A stretch of 64,000 bases of DNA from Bacteroidia bacterium (GCA_021740845.1 JAIOYZ010000022.1:3402-67401), one strand, 5' to 3'; positions 10,525 to 20,948 are shown, counted from the stretch's first letter. Translations and numbers: made by a program. The notes: generated from the letters alone by a model not told the origin.

Positions 10525-10620
10525 TTCGGTTTGAACCAACCCATTTTTCAATAAGTTTTTAATTTATTGGAGAATGGGTTTCTTTTTGGCGCATTAAAAC
10601 TCCTTATTGGTTTGAACCAA
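10525..10620. repeat. Two same-orientation copies of the dispersed motif flanking a hairpin
   Basis: TTCGGTTTGAACCAA 10525-10539 and TTGGTTTGAACCAA 10607-10620. Confidence 0.85.
10538..10587 (+). terminator. Probable terminator hairpin
   Basis: AACCCATTTTTCAATAA ... TTATTGGAGAATGGGTT followed by T-rich run. Confidence 0.55.
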
Positions 10621-10641
10621 GCAATAGTTTAAATTGCTCAC

Positions 10642-11415
10642 ATGAAAACTAAAGAAGATATAGTAAACGATTGGCTACCCCGTTATACTGGCAGACCATT
10701 AACTGAGTTTGGTGAATATATTTTGCTTACTAATTTTATGAATTATGTGGAGCTATTTGCTCAACGTTTTGGAGTAGAAGTAATGGGCAAAGACAAACCT
10801 ATGCAAACTGCAACAGCAGAAAATATTACCATTATTAACTTTGGTATGGGAAGTGCCATGGCTGCAACTTGCATGGATTTATTAAGTGCTGTTCATCCAA
10901 AGGCCGCTTTGTTTTTAGGTAAATGTGGTGGCTTAAAAAAGGTAACTAAGATTGGAGATTTAATTCTTCCTATTGCTGCCATTAGAGGTGAAGGAACTAG
11001 TAACGATTATATCATGCCTGAAATACCTGCCTTGCCTTCCTTTCGTATGCAAAAAGCTGTTTCTGCTACCATAGTTAAACACGATATGGATTATTGGACA
11101 GGTACTGTTTATACCACCAACCGCCGCGTTTGGGAACACGATGAGGAATTTAAAAACTATCTCCGAAAAACCAGAGCAATGGGAATTGATATGGAAACTG
11201 CAACCATTTTTATTACCGGTTTTGTTAATGAAATTCCTAAAGGAGCTTTGTTATTAGTAAGCGATAATCCCATGGTTCCAGAAGGTGTAAAAACGTCTAA
11301 AAGTGATGTTTCTGTTACTGCCCAATTTGTAGCCAAACATCTAGAAATTGGCATAGATTCACTGATAGAACTTCGTGATTCTGGTGAATCAGTGAAGCAC
11401 TTGAGGTTTGAGTAA
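10642..11415 (+). CDS. amn: AMP nucleosidase (short PNP/UDP-family form)
   Basis: WLPRYTG, LLTNF, INFGMGS, GKCGGL, RGEGTS, TTNRRVWE, DMETAT. Confidence 0.9.
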   Translation: MKTKEDIVNDWLPRYTGRPLTEFGEYILLTNFMNYVELFAQRFGVEVMGKDKPMQTATAENITIINFGMGSAMAATCMDLLSAVHPKAALFLGKCGGLKKVTKIGDLILPIAAIRGEGTSNDYIMPEIPALPSFRMQKAVSATIVKHDMDYWTGTVYTTNRRVWEHDEEFKNYLRKTRAMGIDMETATIFITGFVNEIPKGALLLVSDNPMVPEGVKTSKSDVSVTAQFVAKHLEIGIDSLIELRDSGESVKHLRFE

Positions 11416-11431
11416 AATGGGATATAATTTG

Positions 11432-13243
11432 TTAGTCAGATAACAAGGTTGCCAGCAATTGTTCCTCCTCGCTAATTTCTTCTTCACCCAAAGTCATAGC
11501 AGTTTCTATTAATGCTAAATGCGAATAGGCCTGAGGGAAATTGCCTAAAAGCCTTTTGGTTTTAAAATCAATATCTTCACTAAACAAACCCAAATGGTTG
11601 GAGTATGATAATAATTTTTTGAACCTTGATTTGGCTTCTTTTTTATATCCAATTTTATAAAGGGAATTAATCAGCCAAAAGGTGCAAATGGTAAATGCAG
11701 AATTAGGTGTTCCAAAATCATCTTGGTTGCGGTACCTATAAAGTAAACCATCTTCCTCCAATTGATTCATAATTGCCAATACAGTTTTTTTATAACGTTC
11801 ATCTTGCACGTCAATAAAACCATAATCTTCCATTAGCAAAACAGATGCGTCCATATCATCTGAGCCATAGCTTTGCGCAAAACCTTGCGACTTTTCGCTC
11901 CAGGCTTTTTCAAAAATATCTTTCTTGATTGTTTTGGATAATAGGTTCCACTTTTCTGCATACTCAGTTTGGTTCAGCAATAGGGCGATTTTTTCTGCTC
12001 TATCAATTGCCACCCAACAAAGCACTTTGCTAAAAGTAAAATGCCTATCCTCTGTTCTAATTTCCCAAATACCTTTATCTGGTAATTGCCAATTTTCATC
12101 CACCCCTCTAACAATTCCCCTAACGATAGTCCAGAGTTCTTCACTTAAGCCAATATCAGTTGGGAATAGTAAAAAATGTTGATGAATAACGTCCATCAAA
12201 ATACCATAAATATCATTTTGCTTTTGTTCAAATGCAGCATTTCCAATTCTTACTGGTTTAGAATTTTTATACCCTGATAAATGATCGAGTTCCTTTTCAA
12301 CTAAATTTTTCTCACCACCAATGCCATACATAATTTGCATCTTATGACCTTTGTCGGGTAATAGACCAATAATAAATTTAAGGTAATCATTTGTAGAAAT
12401 GGTATGCCCCAATTTCACCTTTATTTTAATCACCATTGAGGCATCTCTAATCCAACAAAAACGATAATCCCAGTTTCTAACTTCTCCAATGGTTTCTGGT
12501 AATGAAGTGGTAATTGCTGCTAAAACAGCTCCAGATTTATGATAGGTAAGTAGTTTTAATGTTAAGGCACTTCTTATAATTTCCTCCGAATAAAATTTAA
12601 AAGTGGTAGTTTTATCCGACCAGTTGAGCCAATATAAACGTGTTCGTTGTAATTTTAAATAAGTTCGTTTTATATCTTGTTTTAGAATTTTTTGATTGTA
12701 GCTAAGTAACATAAACGAATCTGCCCTTAGTTCCTGCCATTCTTGTTTGGCAATTGAATTTAAATTTAATGCCGAGTATAAATATATTGAATCGTATTCG
12801 CCCTTTGCTGTATACGCTTTAATATAATTCTCTTTTATTTTAAACCTAGTTTCTGGCGCGGCATACTCTAATTTTGGTTCAAACCGAATACTTATAATTG
12901 GGCTACCATTAATAAGTTTAATATATCTAATTAGATCTGGTGGCAAATAAGCAATACCTCCTTCATGTTCATACCTTGGCATAAAATCATGTACCTCAAA
13001 TTGACCTTCTGTGCTAATAAATCCTGTAATTAAAATGCAAGTATTGGTCTCATAATGCTGGTAACTAGAAAGTAAATTTTTTACCTCAATTTTCCACGAA
13101 CCTCCTTTGTTTTCATCCAACAGAGCACCAAATGTAGACGGAGAATCAAACCTTGGTAAACATAGCCAATCTATTGAACCGTTTTTTGATACCAACGCTG
13201 CACTTTGGCAATTACCTATAACTCCATAATCTAAATTATCCAT
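11432..13243 (-). CDS. Glycoside hydrolase family 15 (trehalase/glucoamylase-like)
   Basis: IDWLCLPRFDS, TTSLPE, RNWDYRFCWIRD, GIWEIR, LGNFPQAYSH. Confidence 0.92.
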   Translation of the reverse strand: MDNLDYGVIGNCQSAALVSKNGSIDWLCLPRFDSPSTFGALLDENKGGSWKIEVKNLLSSYQHYETNTCILITGFISTEGQFEVHDFMPRYEHEGGIAYLPPDLIRYIKLINGSPIISIRFEPKLEYAAPETRFKIKENYIKAYTAKGEYDSIYLYSALNLNSIAKQEWQELRADSFMLLSYNQKILKQDIKRTYLKLQRTRLYWLNWSDKTTTFKFYSEEIIRSALTLKLLTYHKSGAVLAAITTSLPETIGEVRNWDYRFCWIRDASMVIKIKVKLGHTISTNDYLKFIIGLLPDKGHKMQIMYGIGGEKNLVEKELDHLSGYKNSKPVRIGNAAFEQKQNDIYGILMDVIHQHFLLFPTDIGLSEELWTIVRGIVRGVDENWQLPDKGIWEIRTEDRHFTFSKVLCWVAIDRAEKIALLLNQTEYAEKWNLLSKTIKKDIFEKAWSEKSQGFAQSYGSDDMDASVLLMEDYGFIDVQDERYKKTVLAIMNQLEEDGLLYRYRNQDDFGTPNSAFTICTFWLINSLYKIGYKKEAKSRFKKLLSYSNHLGLFSEDIDFKTKRLLGNFPQAYSHLALIETAMTLGEEEISEEEQLLATLLSD

Positions 13244-13303
13244 ACCAGTTTTATTTAGTTAACTTTGGAATATAATGTTTTTTTAATCTTTAATGTTACT
13301 TAA

Positions 13304-15511
13304 ATGGCTAAACTTCATATTATTTCAAACAGATTGCCCTTTAAAGTTTCCGAAGATGAATCGGAATTTTCTCTGATAGAAAGTGTTGGGGGCTTGGCAA
13401 CAGGCTTGTCTTCTGTATACAAACAATTAGGTGGTAATTGGATTGGTTGGGCTGGAATTTCCTCCGAAAATTATAATGAAAGTCAATTAGAAAAAATTGA
13501 TTATTTATTAAAGAAGGAAAATTGTTTATCTGTTCATTTAACCTCTCATGAAATAGATTATTACTACGAAGGTTTTAGTAATAATACCATTTGGCCTTTG
13601 TTTCATTACTTTGCTCAATACGCAGAATTTAATTATGAAAAATGGCAAGTCTTTAAAGATGTAAACCAAAAATTTGCAGATGCCGCTTTAGAAATTCTTG
13701 AGGATGGTGATACCATTTGGGTAAATGATTACCATTTGTTATTGGTTCCTGAAATGATAAAATCAAAAATGCCAAATGTGGCAATTGGTTTTTTTCTTCA
13801 TATTCCTTTTCCATCCTACGAAGTATTTAGATTATTGCCTTGGAGAAATGAATTGATTAATGGAATATTAGGTGCAGATTTAATTGGCTTTCATACCTTC
13901 GATTATGAACGTCATTTTATAAGTTGTGTTAGACGTTTAATTGGTTACGAAATAAACCTAAACCAAATTATTACTGATCAAAGAATTATTTTGGTGGATG
14001 CTTTTCCAATGGGTATTGATTACCAAAAATTTGCCGATTTATCTAATAATTTAAATAACCAACAAGGCAGTGAGAAATCAGATTTTTTGCTTGAACTAGA
14101 GCGGTTTTCTGAAATAGATCCAGAAAGAAAATTGGTACTTAGTATCGATCGCTTAGATTATACCAAAGGTATTCCAAATAGGCTAAGAGCATTCTCTAGA
14201 TTCTTAGAAAAATACCCAGAAATGATAGGGAAAATTTCTCTTTTGTTTTTAGCTGTTCCTAGCAGAGACCAAGTTTCGCATTACCAATTGTTGAAAAGAG
14301 AAGTAGACGAATTAGTGGGTGCCATAAATGGGCTTTATGGTGGAATCAACTATACACCTATTTGGTATTTTTATCGCTCCATGCCTTTTAATAATTTGGT
14401 AGAATTATACTTTAAATCAGACATTGCTTTGGTTACTCCAGTAAGAGATGGTATGAACCTAGTAGCTAAAGAATATATTGCTTCAAGAGCCAACCAAGAT
14501 GGTGTAATAATTTTAAGCGAAATGGCTGGTGTAGCAAAAGAAATGGGTGAGGCTATAATCATAAATCCCAATAACGAAGAAGAAATTGCAGATGCTATAT
14601 TCACTGCAGCCAATATGCCAATTGAAGAGCAAAAAACACGCATTTCTCAACTTCAGAAAAGATTGAAACGCTACGATTTGTTTAAATGGACTTCCGAGTT
14701 CCTAAAGAGCATTGAAAAAGTAAAATTGCTTCAGCAAGATTTTTATGCCAAAAAAATTACCGCTCAATTAGAAGATGAAATAAAAAAACAATTTACAAAT
14801 GCTGCTCATTCTGTCTTATTCTTGGATTACGATGGCACTTTATCTTCCTTTAAAAATAATCCTTCTATGGCTTATCCAGATGAAGAATTAAAAGAGTTGG
14901 TTTTTGGTTTGACCCAAACTCCCAATACAACTATTGTTATAATTAGTGGAAGAGATAAGGAAACTCTTGGAGATTGGTTTAGCAATTTTAAGGTTAATAT
15001 TATTGCAGAACATGGCGTTTGGATTCGTGAAATTGGAGGTGATTGGGAAATGCCTGTTTTTGCTTCCAAAACTTGGATGGATTCTATACGCCCTCTTTTA
15101 GAATCTTTTGTAGACAATACACCAGGAACTTTTATTGAAGAAAAAAACTTCTCCCTAGTTTGGCATTTTAGAAAAGCTGAGCCAGAACAGGGTGAAGGTC
15201 GTGCTTTAGCCTTAAAAGAAGAACTCCTAAATTTAATCGGGAATCAGAATATCGAGATAATGGAGGGCAACAAAGTAATTGAAGTTAAAAATGGTGGAAT
15301 TAACAAGGGTTTTGCTGCCAATAGATTTTTATTAGCCCATCCTGCCGATTTTATTATGGCAATTGGTGATGACTGGACAGATGAATTTATGTTTAAAGAA
15401 TTACCGCAAACTGCCATTACAATTAAGGTTGGCGTTAAACGAACCAATGCAAATTTTAAATTAGAATCAGTTGCTAGTGTGCGTGCATTTTTAAGAAATC
15501 TAATTAGCTAA
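13304..15511 (+). CDS. Bifunctional trehalose-6-phosphate synthase/phosphatase
   Basis: SNRLP, GGLA, WPLFHY, DYHL, HIPFP, DRLDYTKG, DGMNLVAKEY, then HAD domain DYDGTL and GDDWTDE. Confidence 0.95.
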   Translation: MAKLHIISNRLPFKVSEDESEFSLIESVGGLATGLSSVYKQLGGNWIGWAGISSENYNESQLEKIDYLLKKENCLSVHLTSHEIDYYYEGFSNNTIWPLFHYFAQYAEFNYEKWQVFKDVNQKFADAALEILEDGDTIWVNDYHLLLVPEMIKSKMPNVAIGFFLHIPFPSYEVFRLLPWRNELINGILGADLIGFHTFDYERHFISCVRRLIGYEINLNQIITDQRIILVDAFPMGIDYQKFADLSNNLNNQQGSEKSDFLLELERFSEIDPERKLVLSIDRLDYTKGIPNRLRAFSRFLEKYPEMIGKISLLFLAVPSRDQVSHYQLLKREVDELVGAINGLYGGINYTPIWYFYRSMPFNNLVELYFKSDIALVTPVRDGMNLVAKEYIASRANQDGVIILSEMAGVAKEMGEAIIINPNNEEEIADAIFTAANMPIEEQKTRISQLQKRLKRYDLFKWTSEFLKSIEKVKLLQQDFYAKKITAQLEDEIKKQFTNAAHSVLFLDYDGTLSSFKNNPSMAYPDEELKELVFGLTQTPNTTIVIISGRDKETLGDWFSNFKVNIIAEHGVWIREIGGDWEMPVFASKTWMDSIRPLLESFVDNTPGTFIEEKNFSLVWHFRKAEPEQGEGRALALKEELLNLIGNQNIEIMEGNKVIEVKNGGINKGFAANRFLLAHPADFIMAIGDDWTDEFMFKELPQTAITIKVGVKRTNANFKLESVASVRAFLRNLIS

Positions 15512-15597
15512 TTGCCTACCTCTCATCGACAAATTTCTCCCATTGATAGAAATATTGAAGGCTTGAAAATTTGCACCTTATATTTGCCGTTCATATT

Positions 15598-17484
15598 ATG
15601 GCAAAAAGAAGTTTCAATAGCAATGGTAACCTAAAGCAGGAACCAGAAAAAGCAAAAATAACCAAAGAGAGTTTAAGGGAGGCATTATCATTATTTGCCT
15701 ACATAAAGCCTTTTAAAGGCAAGTTTATTTTAAGTTTAATATTCATTGCCCTTTCGGCTTTTAGCACTATGATTTTTCCTTTCCTTTTAGGAAAAATGAT
15801 TGACGCTGCTGCTCCGGGTGCCAATGTGCAAATGCCTCAAGCTGGCATGAATACAGATGCCCTCGGATTTAACCTCAAAACCGTTCAGTGGAGTTTAAAT
15901 ACCATTTTACTGTTATTGTTTCTTCAACTTTCGGTTCAAACCATATTTTCTTTTATGCGTATTTACTTGCTTACCGAGGTGGGTGAGAAGTCTCTAGCAA
16001 ATATGCGCACAGATTTATACGGTAAGTTATTGAGCCAACCCATGAGCTTCTACAGCGACCAAAGGGTAGGGGATTTAAGCAATAGAATTAGTTCTGATTT
16101 ATCCCAAATACAAGATGCCATTTCCTTTACTTTGGCAGAATTTCTCAGAGGAATATTTACCCTGGTAATAGGCCTAAGTTTCATCTTCTGGATATCAACC
16201 GAATTGGCTTTGGTAATGTTAGCAGTGGTGCCTCTAATTGCAGTTGTTGCTGTAGTCTTTGGTGTTCGTATCCGCAAAATGGCTCGCAAAGCACAAGACC
16301 AATTAGCAGAAAGTGGTACCATTGTTCAAGAAACTTTCCAGGGTATTTCCATTGTAAAAGCTTTTACCAGCGAAGCCTACGAAATGGCTCGCTATAGAAA
16401 AAGTATTTTTGGCGTAGTAGAAACCGCTATTTCCAATGCTCGTTATAGAGGTGCCTTCGTATCCTTCATGATTTTTAGTGTTTTTGGTTCCATCGCTTTT
16501 GTAATGTGGTACGGCGCTGGCATGATTAAAAGTGGAAACCTTAGCGCTGGTGATTTAACCATGTTTGTTATATTCTCAGCATTTGTGGGTGGCACATTCG
16601 CCGGTTTTGCAGATATGTTTAGTCAGTTGCAAAAAACTTTAGGTGCCACGCAAAGAGTGAGAGAATTACTTCGTCAAAAGGGCGAAGAGGTAGATTTAGA
16701 AAAGACTTCAAGTAATTTCAAAAATCCTATTAGGGGTAATGTAAGCTTTCAAAATATTGCTTTTAGCTATCCTTCCCGACCAGATGTGCAAGTTCTCCAT
16801 GATATAAATATTGAAGTAGAATTTGGTCAGCAAGTTGCTTTGGTAGGTCCTAGTGGTGCGGGAAAAAGTACCATTGCTTCCTTGCTATTAAAGTTTTTTG
16901 AACCAAGTTCAGGTAAGATTTTTTTTGATACCATTTGCAGCCAAGATTTTGGATTAACTGATTTAAGAAGGCAAATTGCATTTGTGCCTCAAGATGTAAT
17001 TTTATTTGGTGGTTCCATTAAAGAAAATATCGCATATGGTAAGCCAGATGCAACATTAGAAGAGATAATGGCAGCTGCAACAAAGGCAAATGCACATGAG
17101 TTTATCAATCGCTTTCCAGAAGGTTATGATACCATTGTGGGAGAGAGGGGCATTAAATTAAGTGGTGGACAAAGACAGCGAATTGCCATAGCTCGTGCCA
17201 TTCTAAAAGATCCTGCCATTCTAATTTTGGATGAGGCAACTAGTTCTTTAGATAGCGAAAGCGAACAATTGGTTCAAGAAGCCTTAGATTACTTGATGAA
17301 AGGTAGAACCAGCTTTGTAATTGCCCATCGTTTGTCAACTGTGCGCAATGCAGATAAAATTATAGTAATAGATAAAGGTACCGTTCAAGAAATTGGTACC
17401 CACGAAGTTTTAATGAGTAAATCGGATGGCATTTACCGCAAATTGGTGGATTTACAATTAGAATGGTCTTCCCTTGAGAAATAG
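15598..17484 (+). CDS. ABC exporter, fused permease/ATPase (MsbA/MdlB-like)
   Basis: TM helices, GPSGAGKS, LSGGQRQR, ILDEATSSLD; start moved to ATG 15598 downstream of TATATTTG at 15579. Confidence 0.93.
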   Translation: MAKRSFNSNGNLKQEPEKAKITKESLREALSLFAYIKPFKGKFILSLIFIALSAFSTMIFPFLLGKMIDAAAPGANVQMPQAGMNTDALGFNLKTVQWSLNTILLLLFLQLSVQTIFSFMRIYLLTEVGEKSLANMRTDLYGKLLSQPMSFYSDQRVGDLSNRISSDLSQIQDAISFTLAEFLRGIFTLVIGLSFIFWISTELALVMLAVVPLIAVVAVVFGVRIRKMARKAQDQLAESGTIVQETFQGISIVKAFTSEAYEMARYRKSIFGVVETAISNARYRGAFVSFMIFSVFGSIAFVMWYGAGMIKSGNLSAGDLTMFVIFSAFVGGTFAGFADMFSQLQKTLGATQRVRELLRQKGEEVDLEKTSSNFKNPIRGNVSFQNIAFSYPSRPDVQVLHDINIEVEFGQQVALVGPSGAGKSTIASLLLKFFEPSSGKIFFDTICSQDFGLTDLRRQIAFVPQDVILFGGSIKENIAYGKPDATLEEIMAAATKANAHEFINRFPEGYDTIVGERGIKLSGGQRQRIAIARAILKDPAILILDEATSSLDSESEQLVQEALDYLMKGRTSFVIAHRLSTVRNADKIIVIDKGTVQEIGTHEVLMSKSDGIYRKLVDLQLEWSSLEK

Positions 17485-17614
17485 CATGTTGGCCTCAGAA
17501 AAATAGAAAAGTTTTTTCAATTGCTAAATTAAAATAAATTTGCTCCAAGTAGAATTAGGGTTTCGGTCTGAACCTACTCTAAATTAAAGACTTATATTAT
17601 CATTAAAAAGTACT

Positions 17615-18958
17615 ATGTCTGAATTTCAATTGGTAATGCCCAAAATGGGCGAAAGTATTGCAGAAGCCACCATTATCCGCTGGACAAAAAATGAAGGCGA
17701 TATGATTGCTGTTGATGAAACAGTTTTGGAAATTGCAACTGATAAAGTTGATTCTGAAGTTCCATCTCCTAAAGCGGGTAAATTAGTAAAATTATTGTTC
17801 AAAGAGGGAGATGTAGTTCCTGTTAATGCACCTATTGCAATTATTGCTTTAGAAGGTTCTGCAAGTGTTGCTAGCGCTGCACCTGCTGCTCCAAAGGCAG
17901 AAGCTCCAGTAGAAGTTAAAGCTGCGGTTCAACATGTTGAAAACACAATTGCTTCCGCCCAAGAAACTGTTTCAAGCCAAGGTGGTAATAGATTTTATTC
18001 TCCTTTGGTTCTTAATATTGCTCGTACCGAAAACATTGGTATGGCAGAGTTAGAAACCATTGCTGGAACTGGCGCTGAAGGAAGAGTTACTAAAAGAGAT
18101 ATTTTAGCCCACGTTCAAAATAGAGGAAATGCAATTCCGGTTGCAACTTCAACTACAAATGTTGCTCCTGTTGTAAGTGCTCCTGCACCAGCTGCTGTTG
18201 CATCTCCAGCAGTTTCTGCTCCACCAAAAGCTCCTGTTAGCGTATCTGGTGGCGACGAAATTATTGAAATGGATCGCATGCGTAAGTTAATTGCCGACCA
18301 TATGGTTATGAGCAAGCATGTAAGTCCACATGTTACCTCTTTTGTTGAAGCAGATGTTACCAATATGGTAGTTTGGCGCGATAAGGCTAAGAAAGTTTAT
18401 GAAAAAAGAGAAGGAGAGAAAATTACTTTCACTCCTATGTTTATAGAATGTGTGGCTCGCGCTATCAAAGATTATCCAATGATTAATGTTTCTGTTGATG
18501 GTACCAATATCATCAAACGCAAAAATATTAATATTGGAATGGCAGCTGCTCTTCCTAGTGGAAATTTAATTGTACCCGTAATTAAGGGTGCAGATGGTAT
18601 GAACCTATTGGGTTTAACCAAAACAGTTAACGATTTGGCCAATAGAGCACGTGCCAATAAGTTAGCTCCAGACGATATTCAAGGAGGAACTTTTACCTTA
18701 ACAAATGTGGGTGGTTTTGGAAATGTAATGGGAACACCCATTATTAACCAACCTCAAGTTGCTATTATGGCTACTGGTTCTATAAAGAAAAAACCTGCCG
18801 TTCTAGAAACTCCAATGGGCGATGTAATTGCAATTCGCCACATGATGTTCTTAAGTTTAAGTTACGATCACCGTGTTGTTGACGGTTCTTTAGGCGGTTC
18901 ATTCCTAAAAAGAGTTGCCGACTACATGGAAGCTTGGGATGTAAATCGCGAGATTTAA
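17615..18958 (+). CDS. 2-oxoacid dehydrogenase E2 (dihydrolipoamide acyltransferase, probably branched-chain type)
   Basis: Lipoyl domain ATDKVDSEV, E3-binding GTGAEGRVTKRD, catalytic DHRVVDG. Confidence 0.92.
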   Translation: MSEFQLVMPKMGESIAEATIIRWTKNEGDMIAVDETVLEIATDKVDSEVPSPKAGKLVKLLFKEGDVVPVNAPIAIIALEGSASVASAAPAAPKAEAPVEVKAAVQHVENTIASAQETVSSQGGNRFYSPLVLNIARTENIGMAELETIAGTGAEGRVTKRDILAHVQNRGNAIPVATSTTNVAPVVSAPAPAAVASPAVSAPPKAPVSVSGGDEIIEMDRMRKLIADHMVMSKHVSPHVTSFVEADVTNMVVWRDKAKKVYEKREGEKITFTPMFIECVARAIKDYPMINVSVDGTNIIKRKNINIGMAAALPSGNLIVPVIKGADGMNLLGLTKTVNDLANRARANKLAPDDIQGGTFTLTNVGGFGNVMGTPIINQPQVAIMATGSIKKKPAVLETPMGDVIAIRHMMFLSLSYDHRVVDGSLGGSFLKRVADYMEAWDVNREI

Positions 18959-18975
18959 TAACTAAAATAATTTAT

Positions 18976-19020
18976 AAAAGGGCCAAAAGACACCAATCGT
19001 CTTTTGGCCCTTTTTGTTTT
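18976..19020 (+). terminator. Intrinsic terminator
   Basis: AAAAGGGCCAAAAGAC-7 nt loop-GTCTTTTGGCCCTTTT plus T-run. Confidence 0.9.
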
Positions 19021-19030
19021 AATCCACCCC

Positions 19031-19141
19031 AAACCCTAAAACCCAAAACCCAAAACCCAAAACCCAAAACCCAAAACCCAAAACCCAAAACCCAAAACTC
19101 AAAACCCAAAACCCAAAACTCAAAACTCAAAACCCAAAACT
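19031..19141. repeat. Heptamer tandem repeat (AAAACCC/AAAACTC) x ~16
   Basis: Eight perfect AAAACCC units at 19038-19093, then mixed AAAACCC/AAAACTC units. Confidence 0.97.
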
Positions 19142-19185
19142 AAATCCCCCTGTTAACAACTTATTGAAAACAATCCCAAATACCC

Positions 19186-19217
19186 TTTGGTTGCTGTGGC
19201 ATCAAAACTTACTTTTG
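19186..19217 (+). promoter_or_regulatory. pyrG promoter (-33 TTTG, -7 TACTTTTG)
   Basis: TTTG 19186-19189, 20-nt spacer, TACTTTTG 19210-19217; Bacteroidota consensus. Confidence 0.7.
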
Positions 19218-19337
19218 CATCCCGTAAGTACACATTTACGGTTGAACCATTTTTCGCAAAACCTTGTTCTCTTGCCAACGATAACAAGTTCTCCCCTAAG
19301 TATTTAGCCGTTAATGGTGCCTGCTTTAATATTTTTT

Positions 19338-20948
19338 ATGACACCAAAATACATTTTCGTTACAGGCGGAGTAACCTCTTCATTGGGAAAAGGAATTATT
19401 GCTGCTTCATTGGCCAAATTATTACAGGCTAGAGGTTATTCAGTAACCATCCAAAAATTAGATCCTTATATCAATGTGGATCCAGGAACTCTAAACCCTT
19501 ATGAACATGGCGAATGTTATGTAACAGAAGATGGTGCTGAAACCGATTTGGATTTGGGTCATTACGAAAGATTTTTAAATATTCCAACCTCACAAGCTAA
19601 TAATGTTACTACTGGTAGAATCTACCAACACGTTATCAATCAGGAGAGAGAGGGTGCATTTTTAGGAAAAACTGTTCAAGTAATTCCTCATATTACAGAC
19701 GAAATCAAAAGAAGAATCAAGCTTTTAGGTGAAACCAAAGAATTTGAAATTGTAATTACAGAAATTGGTGGTACCGTTGGCGATATCGAATCACTTCCCT
19801 ATATTGAAGCGGTTCGTCAAATGCTTTGGGAATTAAAAGATGAAGATGCTTTGGTTATCCACTTAACCTTACTTCCTTATCTTAGCTCAACTAAAGAACT
19901 TAAAACAAAACCAACCCAACACAGTGTAAAATTGCTTTTGGAAAGTGGCGTTCAGCCTGATATTTTGGTTTGTAGAACAGAATATGCTATCACAAAAGAA
20001 ATGAGGAAGAAAATTGCCTTATTCTGTAATGTGGATTCCAATTCAGTTATAGAAGCCTTAGATGTTCCAACAATCTATGATGTTCCTTTGATGATGCTAA
20101 AGGAAAAATTGGATAAAACAGTTCTTTCAAAATTAAAACTTAGCACAAAGAGCGACCCAGATTTAGAAAGTTGGAAGACCTTCCTAACCCGACATAAAAA
20201 TCCTAAAAATGAAGTAAGGATTGGGTTAATTGGGAAATACATTGAATTGCCTGATGCCTATAAATCTATTATTGAAGCTTTCATTCATGCTGGTGCAACA
20301 AACGAGGCTCGTGTGCGTGTTCAATACATTCATAGTGAGTTATTAGCTGATGATAATGTAGAAAGTAAATTGGGTGAATTGGATGCTATTTTAGTTGCTC
20401 CAGGTTTCGGAGATAGAGGTATTGAAGGAAAAATTACAGCTATTAAATATGCTCGCGAAAATGAAGTTCCTTTCTTTGGAATTTGCCTAGGAATGCAAAT
20501 GGCCGTTATTGAATATGCAAGAAATGTAATTGGTTGGAAAGATGCTCATAGCACAGAAATGAATCCAAAAACCAAACATCCTGTTATTGATTTAATGCCA
20601 GAACAAAAGAAAATCACCAAGAAAGGTGGCACCATGCGTTTAGGTTCATATGCTTGCGAAATCTCAAAAGGCACCAAAGCATACAGCGCCTACGAAAAAT
20701 CAAAAACCACCGAACGTCACAGGCATCGTTACGAGTTCAATAACCAATACCAAGCAGATTTTGAAAAGAATGGAATGCAAATTACCGGCATTAACCCTGA
20801 TAGTAAATTGGCAGAAATCGTTGAAATAAAGAGTCATCCTTATTTTATAGGAGTTCAGTTTCATCCAGAATATAAAAGCACAGTTTTAACTCCACATCCC
20901 TTATTTGTGAAGTTTATCAAAGCTGCTGTAGCTTTTAGCCAAAGTTAG
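19338..20948 (+). CDS. pyrG: CTP synthase
   Basis: KYIFVTGGVTSSLGKG, DPYINVDPGT, GICLGMQ, RHRHRYE, QFHPE; start set at MTPKYIF. Confidence 0.98.
   Translation: MTPKYIFVTGGVTSSLGKGIIAASLAKLLQARGYSVTIQKLDPYINVDPGTLNPYEHGECYVTEDGAETDLDLGHYERFLNIPTSQANNVTTGRIYQHVINQEREGAFLGKTVQVIPHITDEIKRRIKLLGETKEFEIVITEIGGTVGDIESLPYIEAVRQMLWELKDEDALVIHLTLLPYLSSTKELKTKPTQHSVKLLLESGVQPDILVCRTEYAITKEMRKKIALFCNVDSNSVIEALDVPTIYDVPLMMLKEKLDKTVLSKLKLSTKSDPDLESWKTFLTRHKNPKNEVRIGLIGKYIELPDAYKSIIEAFIHAGATNEARVRVQYIHSELLADDNVESKLGELDAILVAPGFGDRGIEGKITAIKYARENEVPFFGICLGMQMAVIEYARNVIGWKDAHSTEMNPKTKHPVIDLMPEQKKITKKGGTMRLGSYACEISKGTKAYSAYEKSKTTERHRHRYEFNNQYQADFEKNGMQITGINPDSKLAEIVEIKSHPYFIGVQFHPEYKSTVLTPHPLFVKFIKAAVAFSQS

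Noticed and set aside
19031-19141. Eukaryotic telomere contamination
   Set aside because: Only the first unit is AAACCCT; the array sits between a bacterial terminator and promoter in continuous Bacteroidota sequence.
18934-19143. 69-aa ORF with PKTQN repeats
   Set aside because: It is the translation of the terminator and heptamer array and overlaps the E2 stop; no sign of a real gene.
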